Shown here piece after piece: positions 50,751 through 62,290 of a stretch of 64,000 nucleotides of DNA; the first letter of the stretch is position 1; every line of letters starts with the position of its first letter. Source of the stretch: Phaeosaccion multiseriatum (taxonomy: Eukaryota; Protista; Ochrophyta, other classes); assembly GCA_965112735.1 (NCBI GenBank), contig OZ218950.1:1922001-1986000 (forward strand), read 5' to 3'. The translations under genes and the position numbers were made by a program. A model generated the notes under the pieces. It searched no databases and was not told where the DNA came from. It saw nothing but the letters and a program-made list of their open reading frames with translations.

Positions 50751-52357
50751 CTGGCCTGTCTCAGAAGCATGTCAGGGGCCGATGATAATGTTTTCTCTTT
50801 TTTTTTCTTTCTTGCCATTCATTCTATTCACTCCAAAAATGATCCATTCACTTAGCCTTCTCCTTTGGGGGGGCATTCACTTGTGTACAAAACATCCTCC
50901 AGTCCCCCAGCCACGTGGCCTTCCGACTTTCTCTCGGAAGTGATGTCAAAGGTGTCGTCTCTGGGCTGATGTCCACTGCTGCTCCTCCAGTAGCCAGCAG
51001 TCACCGTGCTTCGATTTGACAGTGAGTCAGTGCTTTCGTCCCCCTGACGTGTTACCGACACGCACTTCGGTAGCATACTACTGGGGCAGTAGCAGGTCGC
51101 GCGTCCAGAGTCGAAGTCCTTCGAGGATGTCTCTGTCGCCAAATGCGCGTTCCAGTACTCTCCCAAAGCAGGTCGCCCGCCGACCCTCTTGGACCCCGCT
51201 CCTGGGTGGGTGGGCCACACCAAAAGATGGGAGTCGCGGAGGAAAGCCATGCCGTCTCCGTAGTATGGCTGAACATCGGAGGGATTGCTTTGGCGTAAAG
51301 TTAGGACTGGAAGCGAAGATGATCATCGTCGCCGACCGGCGAAAATGAGTAACCATCGAACCAGGACCACCAGTCATCCTCCCCCCGCCCCACTCGAAGC
51401 GCAGGACCAACCAAGATTAGGTGAAGGTCAACCAGTAACTAGTCGAATGGGGTAGTGTCCTCGACCATACGCTGTTGGTTTGTCCATCAATAGATGAGAC
51501 TGAGGGTGATACCTTGATTCAAACCCCATCCTGCTGTATAGTGTATGTACTTGCCCTGGTGTCGAGGGTCGAGGGTCCGGGGACTGGAGATGGAGGAGGC
51601 AGCGCTTAGGTGCCAACCACTGCCGCCCCTTTCGTGCTCCATAATGAGCGGCACAGTTCGTCTGTTGGTCAACCAGCAGCATCCTTAATACCTGTCCTGC
51701 CCCTTTCCTGTTCGATGCCAGCATGTCAGCGGGGGTGGCCACGCCAGACTAAACCACCACGGTTCATCGCATCTCTCACGCACACATTTAGAGGGCAGTC
51801 GTCCGCCGAGCATGCGGAGCTGCGACACACTACATCTCAGTCCAGCCTTTGTTTGCCCGTGCAGCGTCGAACTGCTGCTGAGAAGAGCAGGGTCAGCCCG
51901 AGCACAGCTGAACCCGCCACTACGCCCCTTGTGGATGGATAAGGGAACTGGTGCGGGCCTTGCTGCTGCATGGAGGTCGAGTCTTTCCCACCGAATCCCA
52001 CTCCCTTCACCTCGCACTCCGGCTGCTGCTCTGGCTGCTTCTCTGGTTGCTGTCCGGGTTGCTTCTCTGGCGGGCGCCCCTCCTTGTTCCTTTCGGCATC
52101 CAGCTGCTGCTCTTCAAGTTGCTGAATTCGTTCCTCGTGCACAGCTCTCTTTCGTTGCATGTGCTCCGCTCGCCTCTGGGCGTCTTTCCCGCCATCTTCC
52201 CCGGCCGAGCTCATTGCAGGCAAGTAGCCCCGGAGAAAAAAAGAAGGTTGTTGTGTCGCTTCTCTCTCTTTTTTTGGAAGGAGATCGGGAAGGAAGGGGG
52301 ATGATGGCACCCCACGGCGATTTGACACGATACTTTCTTGAGCGACGATCAGAGATC

Positions 52358-54115
52358 ATGAAGTGCTGCGCAGAGCTGCGGTACTTGACGCTCTCGCTTC
52401 TTGCAGCCTTCGGGTGCTTTGCTGCAGTGTCAAGCGCCTTCAGTCATCTTCCTGTACGGCGAGCAGCACCAGCAGGGCAGGAGGGAGGAGGCGCTTCACC
52501 TGAAGGGAGGGCGTGCTTTGGATGCGCCAACCAGCGCCAGCGATCTCGACAGGCACCCCTAAATCATTGCGTACAAAGCCGGAGGGGAGCGGGGGAAGAG
52601 GTGAAGGGCAGTGCGAGTACGGCGGGCGAGCCAAAGAGGACTCGAAAGGCTCCTCTGGAAGCAGGCTTTAGACAAAAAGAAGGTGCTCCCAGGAAGCCTT
52701 GTGTAGCGTACGATGCACTCGGTACGAAGGCTTCGTACGGTGAAGTGTGGGAGCTGCAGAAGCAGGTGCGTGTAAGGCCGGCAGATCATCAGCCCTGTGA
52801 AGTATTAATATTTCGATGCCGAACGCCGCACCTAACCAACCAACGTCCACAACCCCCCCTTTTTTCGCTCTTGTCGACAACTTCCGCCCGGCAGCTGCTC
52901 TCGTATCGCGTTTCCGCGGAAGGCGCTACGGCCTCGGATCTCCTCCTCCTCGTGCAGCATCCGCCCGTCTACACCCTGGGCACGGGCAGCTCCACTGACC
53001 ACCTCCTCTTCAACAAGGACGACCCCGACGCTCCTGAGCTGCACCGCGTAGAGAGGGGGGGGGAGGTTACCTACCATGGTCCGGGGCAGCTGGTCGTGTA
53101 CCCTATCATAGACCTCACTGGGTATGAGCCTGACCTGCACTGGTACATTCGGTCCTTGGAGGAGGTGATCATCAGGGCCCTGAGTAGGCTGGGAATAGAG
53201 GCGGGCAGGAGAGAGGGGCTCACTGGCGTTTGGGTGGGAAGGCAGAAGCTCGCGGTGAGTCTCCGTAGTCGACGTTGAGAGGGAGAAGGTGACTTCACAT
53301 CCAATGCACGACTCGATATCTCCCTCTCTCTCCATCCCTGTGTGTGTGTGTGTGTGTGGCCTACAAGTAGTAGGTAGGAGTAGAGCTGACCTCCCATCCT
53401 CCCACCCCTCCTGGCATTCACCTCACCGTTGCTCTACCCAGGCGATTGGGATCAAAGTCCGCCGATGGGTGACGATGCACGGCCTGGCCCTCAACGTCCA
53501 CCCCAATCTGCAGCACTTTCAGCACATCGTCCCCTGCGGGATCGAGCAGGGGGACCTCTCCGTAGGATCAGGTATCGAATGGTGCACGCACACACACAGA
53601 CACACACACACTTACGCACGCACGCACGCACGCACGCACATACCAGCACATGCACGCATGGATGCATCCATGTCGTGTGCCTCTCTCTCTACATCTTGTT
53701 GTCGAGAGATTCTTACAACATAGAGCTGTTTGGCTACTGGTTCGGATGCTTGTGGTGTACACATGCCTCGCGCGGGCAGTATCATTCTAAAGGTCTCGAT
53801 CCTTTACCACACCCACACACCCCTATCTACCTTCCGTATATCGTGTGTGTCACGTGCCAACCACTCATCACAGTATCATTCTAAAGCTCTCGCTCCTTTG
53901 CTACCCCCACCCACACTATTACCCTCCATGTCACGTGCCAACCAACCAACCAACCAACCAACCAACCAACAGTGGAACAGCACCGCCCGGGCACCAGTAT
54001 GGAGGAGGTACGGGAGGCGCTGCTGGAGGCCTTTGCAGAGGTGTTTGATATGGAGCTCACGCACCAGAGCGGTCTGCCCGTCTCACCGCAGCTGCGGCCT
54101 GCCCAACAAGGCTGA
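52358..54115 (+). CDS. lipB: Octanoyltransferase (lipoyl/octanoyl transferase LipB), plastid-targeted
   Basis: Exons 52358-52765, 52895-53254, 53442-53571, 53973-54115. Motifs [66 protein letters not shown]. Signal peptide ending AVSSAF. Confidence 0.95.
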
Positions 54116-56408
54116 ATGACGGACTGACAGACGGACGGACTGACTGACTGACTGGCTGACGGACTGAATGGCGGACTGACGGACTGACTGACGGACTGAT
54201 TGACTGACGGACTGACTGACGGCCTGACTGATGGGAGTGACACGGGCCTAACCAGTCGGGGCAAAGAGAATGGGCAAAGGGCGAAGGGCAAAGGACAACG
54301 GGTCTTTGGAAAAAGGAACTCAGTCGTCGCACTGCTGGATGGCACTGGATGGAGCTGGATGGCACTGGATGGAGCTGGATCTTGCCGTCTGAAGGGTTGT
54401 CTCGGTGTTGGACGCTTTCTTCGCCTTTCTTCGTTTGTTTCGGAGTCAAACCCGCTACGCGGCTCGGCTGTTTCCGAAAGACGCTCCTTCCTGCGTCTAC
54501 GGGTTCCATTCGAAGAGGCATTGTGAAAATGCGCCCTCTCGCTCGACGTTTATGTGCGGGGCCAAAGACACGCCATGATCTTCGCCACTAGAAGGGTGAA
54601 AGCACGCCTTTTAGGGCGGTGCATATGCATGCATAGGGGCAGCAATGCACGCACGCCGTTCGTTTCTCGCGAGGTGGGAAGACGCACTTGCCTTGTCGGT
54701 CAGCAAGTGGTGGAAGGAGGACAACTGATCGGGGCCACGCACGCACCCACGCACGCACCCACGCACGCACGCACGCACGCACAACGATCTGGTTGGGTGC
54801 CGACAGTGGGGCGCGGTGAAAGAGGTCTGGTTCGGTCTTCTTTCGAGGGTTTTTGGTGCCTTGGCCACCATCAGGGAGCATCCACTAGCCCCTCTCTGTC
54901 TGTACTCACACTTGAGACGCACTTCCCCCCGCACTTGACCCCCTCCCCATCCCCGAGTGTGTACACGAAAGGGTGTTGGAGGCACCCTGCTTGCTTTGCC
55001 CATGATGAAAGCAAAACACCCCAGGCAGTCCACTTGCTACTTGGGCGCCGCAGAGAGAAGCGTGTATCGGATGGTACAATCGATAGACGGGGAGAGGAGG
55101 GCGAGCGCGAGCTTGTGAAGTAGGCAGTGTGGAATCGAATCCGTATTATCTTTAATGCAATGAGAAAGGGTGCTTTTCACTCCCTCCCTTGGTAAGTAAC
55201 CCTCCTACTGAAAAGAGGTTGCCTTGGGGAACCGGGTGGATGGGTTCACAGACATCACCACAATAAAAAGCGAAAGCAAAAAGAATGAGGAAAGGAGAAG
55301 GCAAAAACAGTCAAGCACAGAGGGAATCGGGGCCCGCTTCTCTTGTGGCAGCGCAGGCCCGAGTGAGCACGCGCATGAGTGCACTGCACGTACATCCCAT
55401 CGGCACACCACATCGCAGTCATGTGGCACCCGTAGTAGTAGAGGGAGCGAGGGATCAACCATTGCTTCCATCTCCCCTCCGTTGCTGATACTCGTCCTCC
55501 AGTCCGGCCTCCCACTCTGCTGGGTACCACACCACGCCCGACACCCTCTCCAGCTGCTCTGCTGCCAACACGCGGCCCTCGAGGACCGAACCGTATCGCT
55601 AGCACCACCGCACACCCGGTTCTGTCGCTCCAAACGCCCCACCGCTCCATCCCAGTTTTCTGGGGCGGCGTGCGATTCAACACTCCGGCAGGAACAGAAA
55701 AGGGCGAGGGGGAGTTGCACTACTACTGCTGCCGCGTGGCCCGGTAGAATGCTTCAAAGACCGCACACCCCCTGTGTCGTGATCTTGCCTTTGTCCTTGT
55801 CTTGTCTCCCCTCTTCAGCTGCCATCTGAGAAACCCTCCAATGCCTTCCTTTTAGAGCGCTCGAAAGAGTTCCTAGGAGAGAAGGCACAGGGAAGGTTGG
55901 CAGTGCCTTGCCTGCGAGCTAGCCCGGCATCCTTTAAGACGCGTTGCTGCCAAGGTTTGTGGCCAAATGCCAGTAGGCGACCACCGGACATACATACAGA
56001 AGGAAAATGGGGCAAACTGCCCCACCTCTAGCCCCTGCCTCTGGTGATGGGCCGACGAACAGAACCGCTTCGGCAAACACCTCTTCCGTCAATCGCACAC
56101 CTCTTCTGTCAATCGCACGGGGGGGGGGGCGTACTGCCCGCCCGCCTGTCGAACAGTCGAATTGCTTTCCCGCCCAGGCAAGCAGCAGCTTCAAGCGCAG
56201 CATCCTCCACGCGGTGGTGCTTCACAACAGAACCGCACTCCAACAAGGTGCTAAGCAGATCAGAGTAAAGCCCGAGAGAGAGAGAGAGAGAGGGGGGGGG
56301 GGGGGAGCCAGCCTTGCACCCAGCTCAGAACGACGTTCCCCTGTTCCCTGCGTGCCCCTCCCTGCCTGCAAGACAACAAGCACGAAGTATCACCCCACAC
56401 CACATCCA

Positions 56409-58688
56409 TCACGGACACTTCTTGTTGACCAAGTGTGCTCCATGCTCGTCGTACTCCTTCTTGCCCATCCACATCTCGTGAAAGGTGCCCAACGAGGCCA
56501 GGATGGACCCTCCCAACCACGAGCATATCGCCCGCTCGTTGATGCCCGATGCCAGCACCCTCACCCGATGGGAACCCACCCCGCCCGCCACCCCTCCTAC
56601 TCCCGCAGCAGCAGCCGCCGCAGCAGCAGCGGCACCGTCTACCACAGCACTCCCCCCCGCCAGTCCTCCAGCCTTGAGGGTGGACCCCGTCACAATGGCC
56701 TCTATTTCCATCCGAAGTCGGTCGGTAATGCCCTCGAAGCACGTACCACCCCCTGCAACGACAATGTTGTTGAGGAGGTTGGACTGTTGGTCCCGATCGC
56801 ACGTCAACACTGACTGCCAGATCATGTCTTGCACAGAGAGAAGACAAGGAGCAGGACCACCACCAAAGCCCGCCGCCGCGACAGGAGGAGCAGCAGCAGC
56901 AGCATCCTCACCCCCTTCCTCCTCCTTCTCCTCCCTCCCGTCTTGCACTCTAGTTGCCAGTTCGTAGAGCGGATGCCCAGAGCCCGTTGCGAGTGCCTTG
57001 GTCAGGGGACTCACGTCCACCAACAGCTCCGGAACCCGGAAGCGATCCACATGAACAACCAACTCCGTACCATCTGGCAGTTCGTAGGCGCTTGACTGGG
57101 ATTGCGCAAACTGCACAGCCTTCTCATCAAAAGGAGTGTCCCCCATTCGTCCCAGGCTCTCGATTATCTCTCTCACCACCTGTCTCTGCCGATGGTTCCT
57201 TACACTCGGGTGCCAGTTCGCGATGCCCGTCTCGGCGGGGTTGGCCATTCCCTTCATTAATTCCGCCGCCGTACGCGCGGACGTCACCGCCGTTGCTGCG
57301 GCCGCTCCACTCAGGTTCTTGCCTGCCTTACTCTTGCCCTTGCTCTTGGCCAGATGATACTCCGCCGCTCTCTGTACGTCGTAGATTCTCTTTTGCTCAT
57401 CGCGGATGCCGTAGCAAGGGTTGAGCGTTACCTTCTGCTGCTTGAGTAGGTCCATCCAGTACTCTTGCAGGGTCGTGCTGCCCAGCCTGGAAAACATGAT
57501 GCCTTTCTGATCCACCCACCCATCATACACAGGTGTCGTGGTGGTGGTAGCGCCTCCAATGTCCAGCAGCAGCCCCGTGACCTTCCCCAGGGCGAAGCAG
57601 CTGAGCACCGCATCTTTGGAGAGAAACACGGCAGGAACCTTGTACTTTTCAAACATGAGCTCCTGTTATTTCGTATACACACAGAGAGAGGGAGAGAGAG
57701 AGGGAAATACATATACAAAGACAGGGACTGAGTGAAGTGGTGCAGTTGGCAAACGCACATGCAAATGGATTTCTCTTTGTGCCGTCGTGATACAATACTA
57801 GTGTGATAGCGTACCGTGTACTTCTCTCGCTTGTCCGCGGTGTTGAAGCTCTTCTCCACGAGGAGTATGGGGTGCTCGGAAAGGTCCGCCCGCATGCGCC
57901 CCGCCGCGTGGTCCCACAGCTGCTCCACCATATCCCAGTCCTCCACTGCCGCACGCACCCATCGAGTCGATGTCAAGTGTTGAAGGTCAAGATGGGGGTA
58001 GTGAAGGAATGGCAGAGAGGCCATGGGTGGGGATGATGAATACAGGGAGAGCGAGCGAGAAAGCCTAGCATAGCCGAGCTGCGGACATTCGTGACGAAAA
58101 CAGGCGGTCACACGACCGTCCTCGAGCCTCTCTGTGCATCATGGCTGCCACACCACTCAGCACGCTCCCCCCCCCCTCCCCCCTCTCACCTAAGCCGTCC
58201 TTCACTGCGCTACGGAGAGGAAGGTCCGGCCGCGTCATTGAGCTATCGACAAAGTAGCGCCTTCTCCGTCTCCTCCTCTCCTCTTCTGCTGCCGCAGCCG
58301 CCGCCGCCTTCGACGCTGGGGAGGAAGGTACTCGCCCGTCTGTATCTTTCCGTGTCGATGGCGCCATAAACTCACCCCCTTCTTCTTCCTCGCCCTCCTC
58401 CACGCCCATGGCCTGAGACAGAAAAAGCACCACAAGTCAGCCAAGGTTCGTAGGTCTACAATTTTGAAGGAGGGGGGTGGCAAGGCTAAAAAGAGAGGAA
58501 GGAGGACGGTCTCCAGATCCATAGAACGGCAAAGAGGAGGAAGGAGGGGAGAGAAAGGAAATCCACATCCATCCACTCACCGTTGGCACATAGCAAACCG
58601 GGTGGTCCTCACCCGCGAAGCCTATCTTGGTAGTCACCGATCCAATCTCCCCAACTAAAGCACCAATGTCGTCCCCTCCAGAGTACAT
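56409..58688 (-). CDS. ARP4: Nuclear actin-related protein 4 (ARP4/BAF53/ACTL6)
   Basis: Exons 58688-58581, 58412-58190, 57945-57815, 57662-56409. MYSGGDDIGALVGEIGS..KIGFAGEDHP; ELMFEKYKVPAVF; YELPDG; WLGGSILASLGTFHEMWMGKKEYDEHG..KKCP. Confidence 0.93.
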
Positions 58689-60205
58689 GTTGCTCCCTCT
58701 CGGCTGTGGTGGCCACTCCCCTCAGCTGCCGCTCTTCTCCCTAAATAATCCTTCCCCTTGCTTCCTTCCAGTCCTCCCCAAGAAGCCCTCAGGGCCAGGA
58801 ATGGACACAAGAAGGGGAAGGAGAGATGGGAAAAGCGAGGGAGAGAGGAAGGGAAATAGTGGAAATAAGTCAATGAACCCGGGGGGGTTCTTCTTGCGCT
58901 TTCCCCAACTACTGCGAAGCACTTCGAAGCATTTGTAAATAACACCCCAAGTAAATAGCAGAGGGATGTTCCACCCTCAGTGGTAAGAGTAGCGGTAGCG
59001 GGAGTAGCAGTAGAAGCAAGAACCTACTTCTTGGGAGGCTTATTGCGGCAGAACAACATCTCCCTCCTCGCTTGAGGACCCCCACCCTGCTCCCGAGAAA
59101 AGGCATGATTAAGATAGAGGGTCCGGTGGATTGCCTGGCGGGATCAGCTCAGCAGGAGAAGCAGAAGACACTCGACGTACATGGACAGCAAAACCAGGAG
59201 TGCCAAGGAGGACAAAATGGGGAGCTACAGCAGCAGCAGATAGGGCGGAGGCGGTTGACTCCGGAGGCCGCAGCACGTCGGAGAAAGCGGACCTCCAGTC
59301 GTATAACCACCGTGAGACCCTTCAACCTTGTCCGGAGAAAGAGCCTGGGGAATTCCGAGAGGCCATCTGCTCCCGAGGACGAGAAGGACACCACCCCATC
59401 GCCTGCACACTCGTTGCCCACACCACCCCGACCCTCTCCGTCACGGCTTTCCTCAGTGGTAGGCCCATCAGTGGTTGCAGGGGCAGTAGGGGGAGGGGGC
59501 GACCACGAGATGGAAGATCCCGCGTCTCAAAAACGGGCAGCGACGTCGGCAAGTCCAGGGGAGGGGCAAGCGTCGCCCTCTTCCACAGTCGCAACAGGAG
59601 AAGGTGTTACGAAGAAGGCCAGGACACTTCTTCGGCCCTTAAAACGGAGAAAGAGAGGGGAGGACCCTCGCCACGCCCCAGGAGAGCCAGTAGCACCAGC
59701 AGCACCGGTAGCAGCACCGGCAGTACTAAGAAGAGGAGAAGGTGCTGCAGAAGCCAGAGATGTTGCTCCTCCGGCCGTGGCTGGTACCGCCGGGGGGGCG
59801 CGAGATGAAATGGAGGTGGACGGCGACCTGCCGCAGGAGCAGAGGGATAATGTTGCGGCTCGTCCTGAAGTAGTATTACCACCGGCTGTGGAAGAATCAG
59901 CAGCAGCTGCTCCTCCCTCCGCCCCGGAGGCCTCTGTCGGGGAGGGCGTCACAACGACTGCTCGCCGAGGGAGGCGGAGATGGACAGGGGTGCTCACCAG
60001 GAAACCGCGGTAGAGAGAAAAAGAGCACCCTATCTTCCTGTCCGTTGCTCTGAAACCGCGGTAAATGGAAGGGAGCGTCCTGTCGGCCTCTGTGACACGG
60101 CGGCGAATGGAAAGGACCATCCTGTCGTCGTGTCTTGTGTGCCACTCTTCCGCCTTCGATGGGAGAGTGTGTTGCAGATAGAGAGCTTCCTCCCTCTGCC
60201 TGTAA

Positions 60206-60417
60206 AGAAGGGAGATAACCCTCAAGGTGAGCACTACCGAGTTTCCATCAAATTTGCGAGAAGTGCTCATAACTGTCATTAGAGAGCAAAGGCGCCGTCC
60301 GTCCCTCCAGAGACCCAGGAAGCACCCTTGCTGTTTAGTAGCACTATTGTCACCTCTCGCAACTCGGCACCTTGACGGAAACTCGGTAGTGCTCAGCTTG
60401 GAGGTTTTCTCCCTTCT
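60206..60417. repeat. Long imperfect inverted repeat (fold-back element)
   Basis: 19-bp perfect core TGAGCACTACCGAGTTTCC (60228-60246) pairs with 60377-60395; imperfect pairing extends to about 60 bp per arm. Confidence 0.85.
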
Positions 60418-61353
60418 CTCTGATGGGAGTGGCGTGCGTGTACGGTAATTGTAGATAAGATTAGAGCACATACAAAATTGGAGGGAGAGAGAGAGACAGA
60501 GAGAGCTCTTTTTTATTTCGTAGTAGTAGAACGTACGATAAAAAAAAAAAGAACAAAAAAAAAGAGAGTTTAATTACACGGGGATTGGGAGAGGGAACGG
60601 GATGGACGAGTGCAAACGATGATGCCATGTCGAATGGAGAAAACTTCCGAAGCGGCATGTTTTGAGTTTGGGACAAGGGGGTGCGGGGGCATGGGTGTAG
60701 GAGCGGTGTGTCTTCCAAGGGGGAGGGGTGTCGCTGGGCCCACCAAAGGAGCCGCCAAGAAGACTCATGGTCCGTCTCAAAGCCGTCTCTTCTTTTTGCG
60801 AACTGTAGTACTAATCCCTCCGAAGGGGCGGGGAAGGGGGAGAGGAGAAGATTCTCACAGGCCCGCCCCTCCAAACGTACTGCAAGAACAAAATCGCCTA
60901 CGGACCATCGACTCCAAACTCTTCTTTATTCTTTATTCATACTCTATCTACGAAACACAAAATCCATCCATCACTAAATCCAGCAGCCCAGCAGCAGCAC
61001 CACCCTCACTCTGCTTGCTCAGGCCTCCCTCCAGGCCGCCTGCCCGGGCCCCGCCCGCGTCGAGGCAGCAGCACTGTGAGCCAGACCCAGACGGATGTCA
61101 CCAACCTCTGCACTCCAGCCCAATTTCCCGCCACCCCAAATGCCCACTCATCCGTCTACTTTTCTTCACCCACTCCATCTCCGTCCGCCTTGCCCTGGCT
61201 GCACTACACGATGCACACGACTGTCGCCCTTGCCCCTTGCTACACGCAAACACGGGAAAGCACATGCAGCTTGACCCGGCGGCTGAAAGGGGTGTTGGCG
61301 TACCCGCCGCATACGGCCAAGAGTACCCCGCATACTTACTGCATGGCCACAAT

Positions 61354-61848
61354 CTAGCCAGACTCCTCCTCAGCCAATCGCAGCTCCTCCTCAATGGCCG
61401 CCTTCTCATCCCGCCTGCGCTGCACTTGTCCGAAGAACACCATGCCGGCCACCATGAAGACAGCCAAGACGTACACCCAGAAGTAGGTCCACAGCGCGGT
61501 GTGAGAGGGATCCTGGGACTCAAGGTAGCCCTTGAGAAGAATCACGAAGAAGAAGAGCGTGGCACTCCAGATGGCGAAGAACGAGCAGAGGCACAGCAAC
61601 ACATCCTCCAGGTTGTTTCCGCAGCCGATGGGGACAACCTTGCCGCAGCAATTGGCCTCCAGGGGCACGTAGTTGTTGGCCAGGTTGATGTCCTTCAGCG
61701 TCGAGGGACGGAAAGAGCGGTGGTCCTTGCTCCCGCGAGGAGGGTTTACCTTGGGAATGACATCCTTGCTCTGGTCGAACTTGGATACACGAGTCTCGGC
61801 AACGTGCTCGGCCGCCGCCTTTGCCTCTCCTACCAGTTCCCTGCTCAT
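61354..61848 (-). CDS. Uncharacterised 164-aa protein with two transmembrane helices
   Basis: Single-exon ATG-to-TAG ORF with C/G-ending codon bias; hydrophobic segments VLLCLCSFFAIWSATLFFFVILL and ALWTYFWVYVLAVFMVAGMVFF; charged C-terminal tail. Confidence 0.72.
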   Translation of the reverse strand: MSRELVGEAKAAAEHVAETRVSKFDQSKDVIPKVNPPRGSKDHRSFRPSTLKDINLANNYVPLEANCCGKVVPIGCGNNLEDVLLCLCSFFAIWSATLFFFVILLKGYLESQDPSHTALWTYFWVYVLAVFMVAGMVFFGQVQRRRDEKAAIEEELRLAEEESG

Positions 61849-62290
61849 ATTGGAGTGTAGGTCTGGCGGGGGCGGTACGAGAGCGTATGATCAACGGGAA
61901 ATGTGGAGGGGGGGGGGGGGGTGAGGAGTGAGGCAAAACAAAGCGGCTCGAATCATTCAGTAGTACGTCGTTGGTTCAGCTGCTGACTTTCGTCCGGCGT
62001 AGGAAAGTAACAAACCGCCCTCCAAACCGCCCCGAATGCTTTCTCTTCTCCCCCTGCGCCTTCCATTCTGCAGCAAGAGGCAGCCCCGTCTTCCTCCGTC
62101 CCCTCCTTACCTTGGGATGGGTGCGAATCTGGGTGCTACAGCCTCTTTTTTCGATGAATACGCCGCTCGTTATTTCCAGGTTCGTACGTACCCGCCGGGG
62201 GGAAATGGAGCTGAGCCGGCACTCAAACTTTCATTGCCTTCCCTCCCTTTCCCTTTGTCCCCCTTCTCTTTTTTTTCCTTCTTGCTGATC

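Noticed and set aside
51812-52357. Long N-terminal extension of LipB in the ORF track
   Set aside because: The signal peptide begins at the ATG at 52358; the upstream frame has no coding features.
53777-53944. Imperfect tandem duplication of about 90 bp in LipB intron 3
   Set aside because: Real, but appears to be an ordinary local duplication without further structure.
54400-56280. Several overlapping 100-200 aa ORFs between LipB and ARP4
   Set aside because: No motifs, codon bias or consistent exon chain; such ORFs are expected in GC-rich DNA.
60610-61860. 416-aa plus-strand ORF
   Set aside because: Largely an antisense shadow of the 164-aa minus-strand gene; no motif and no ATG at its start.
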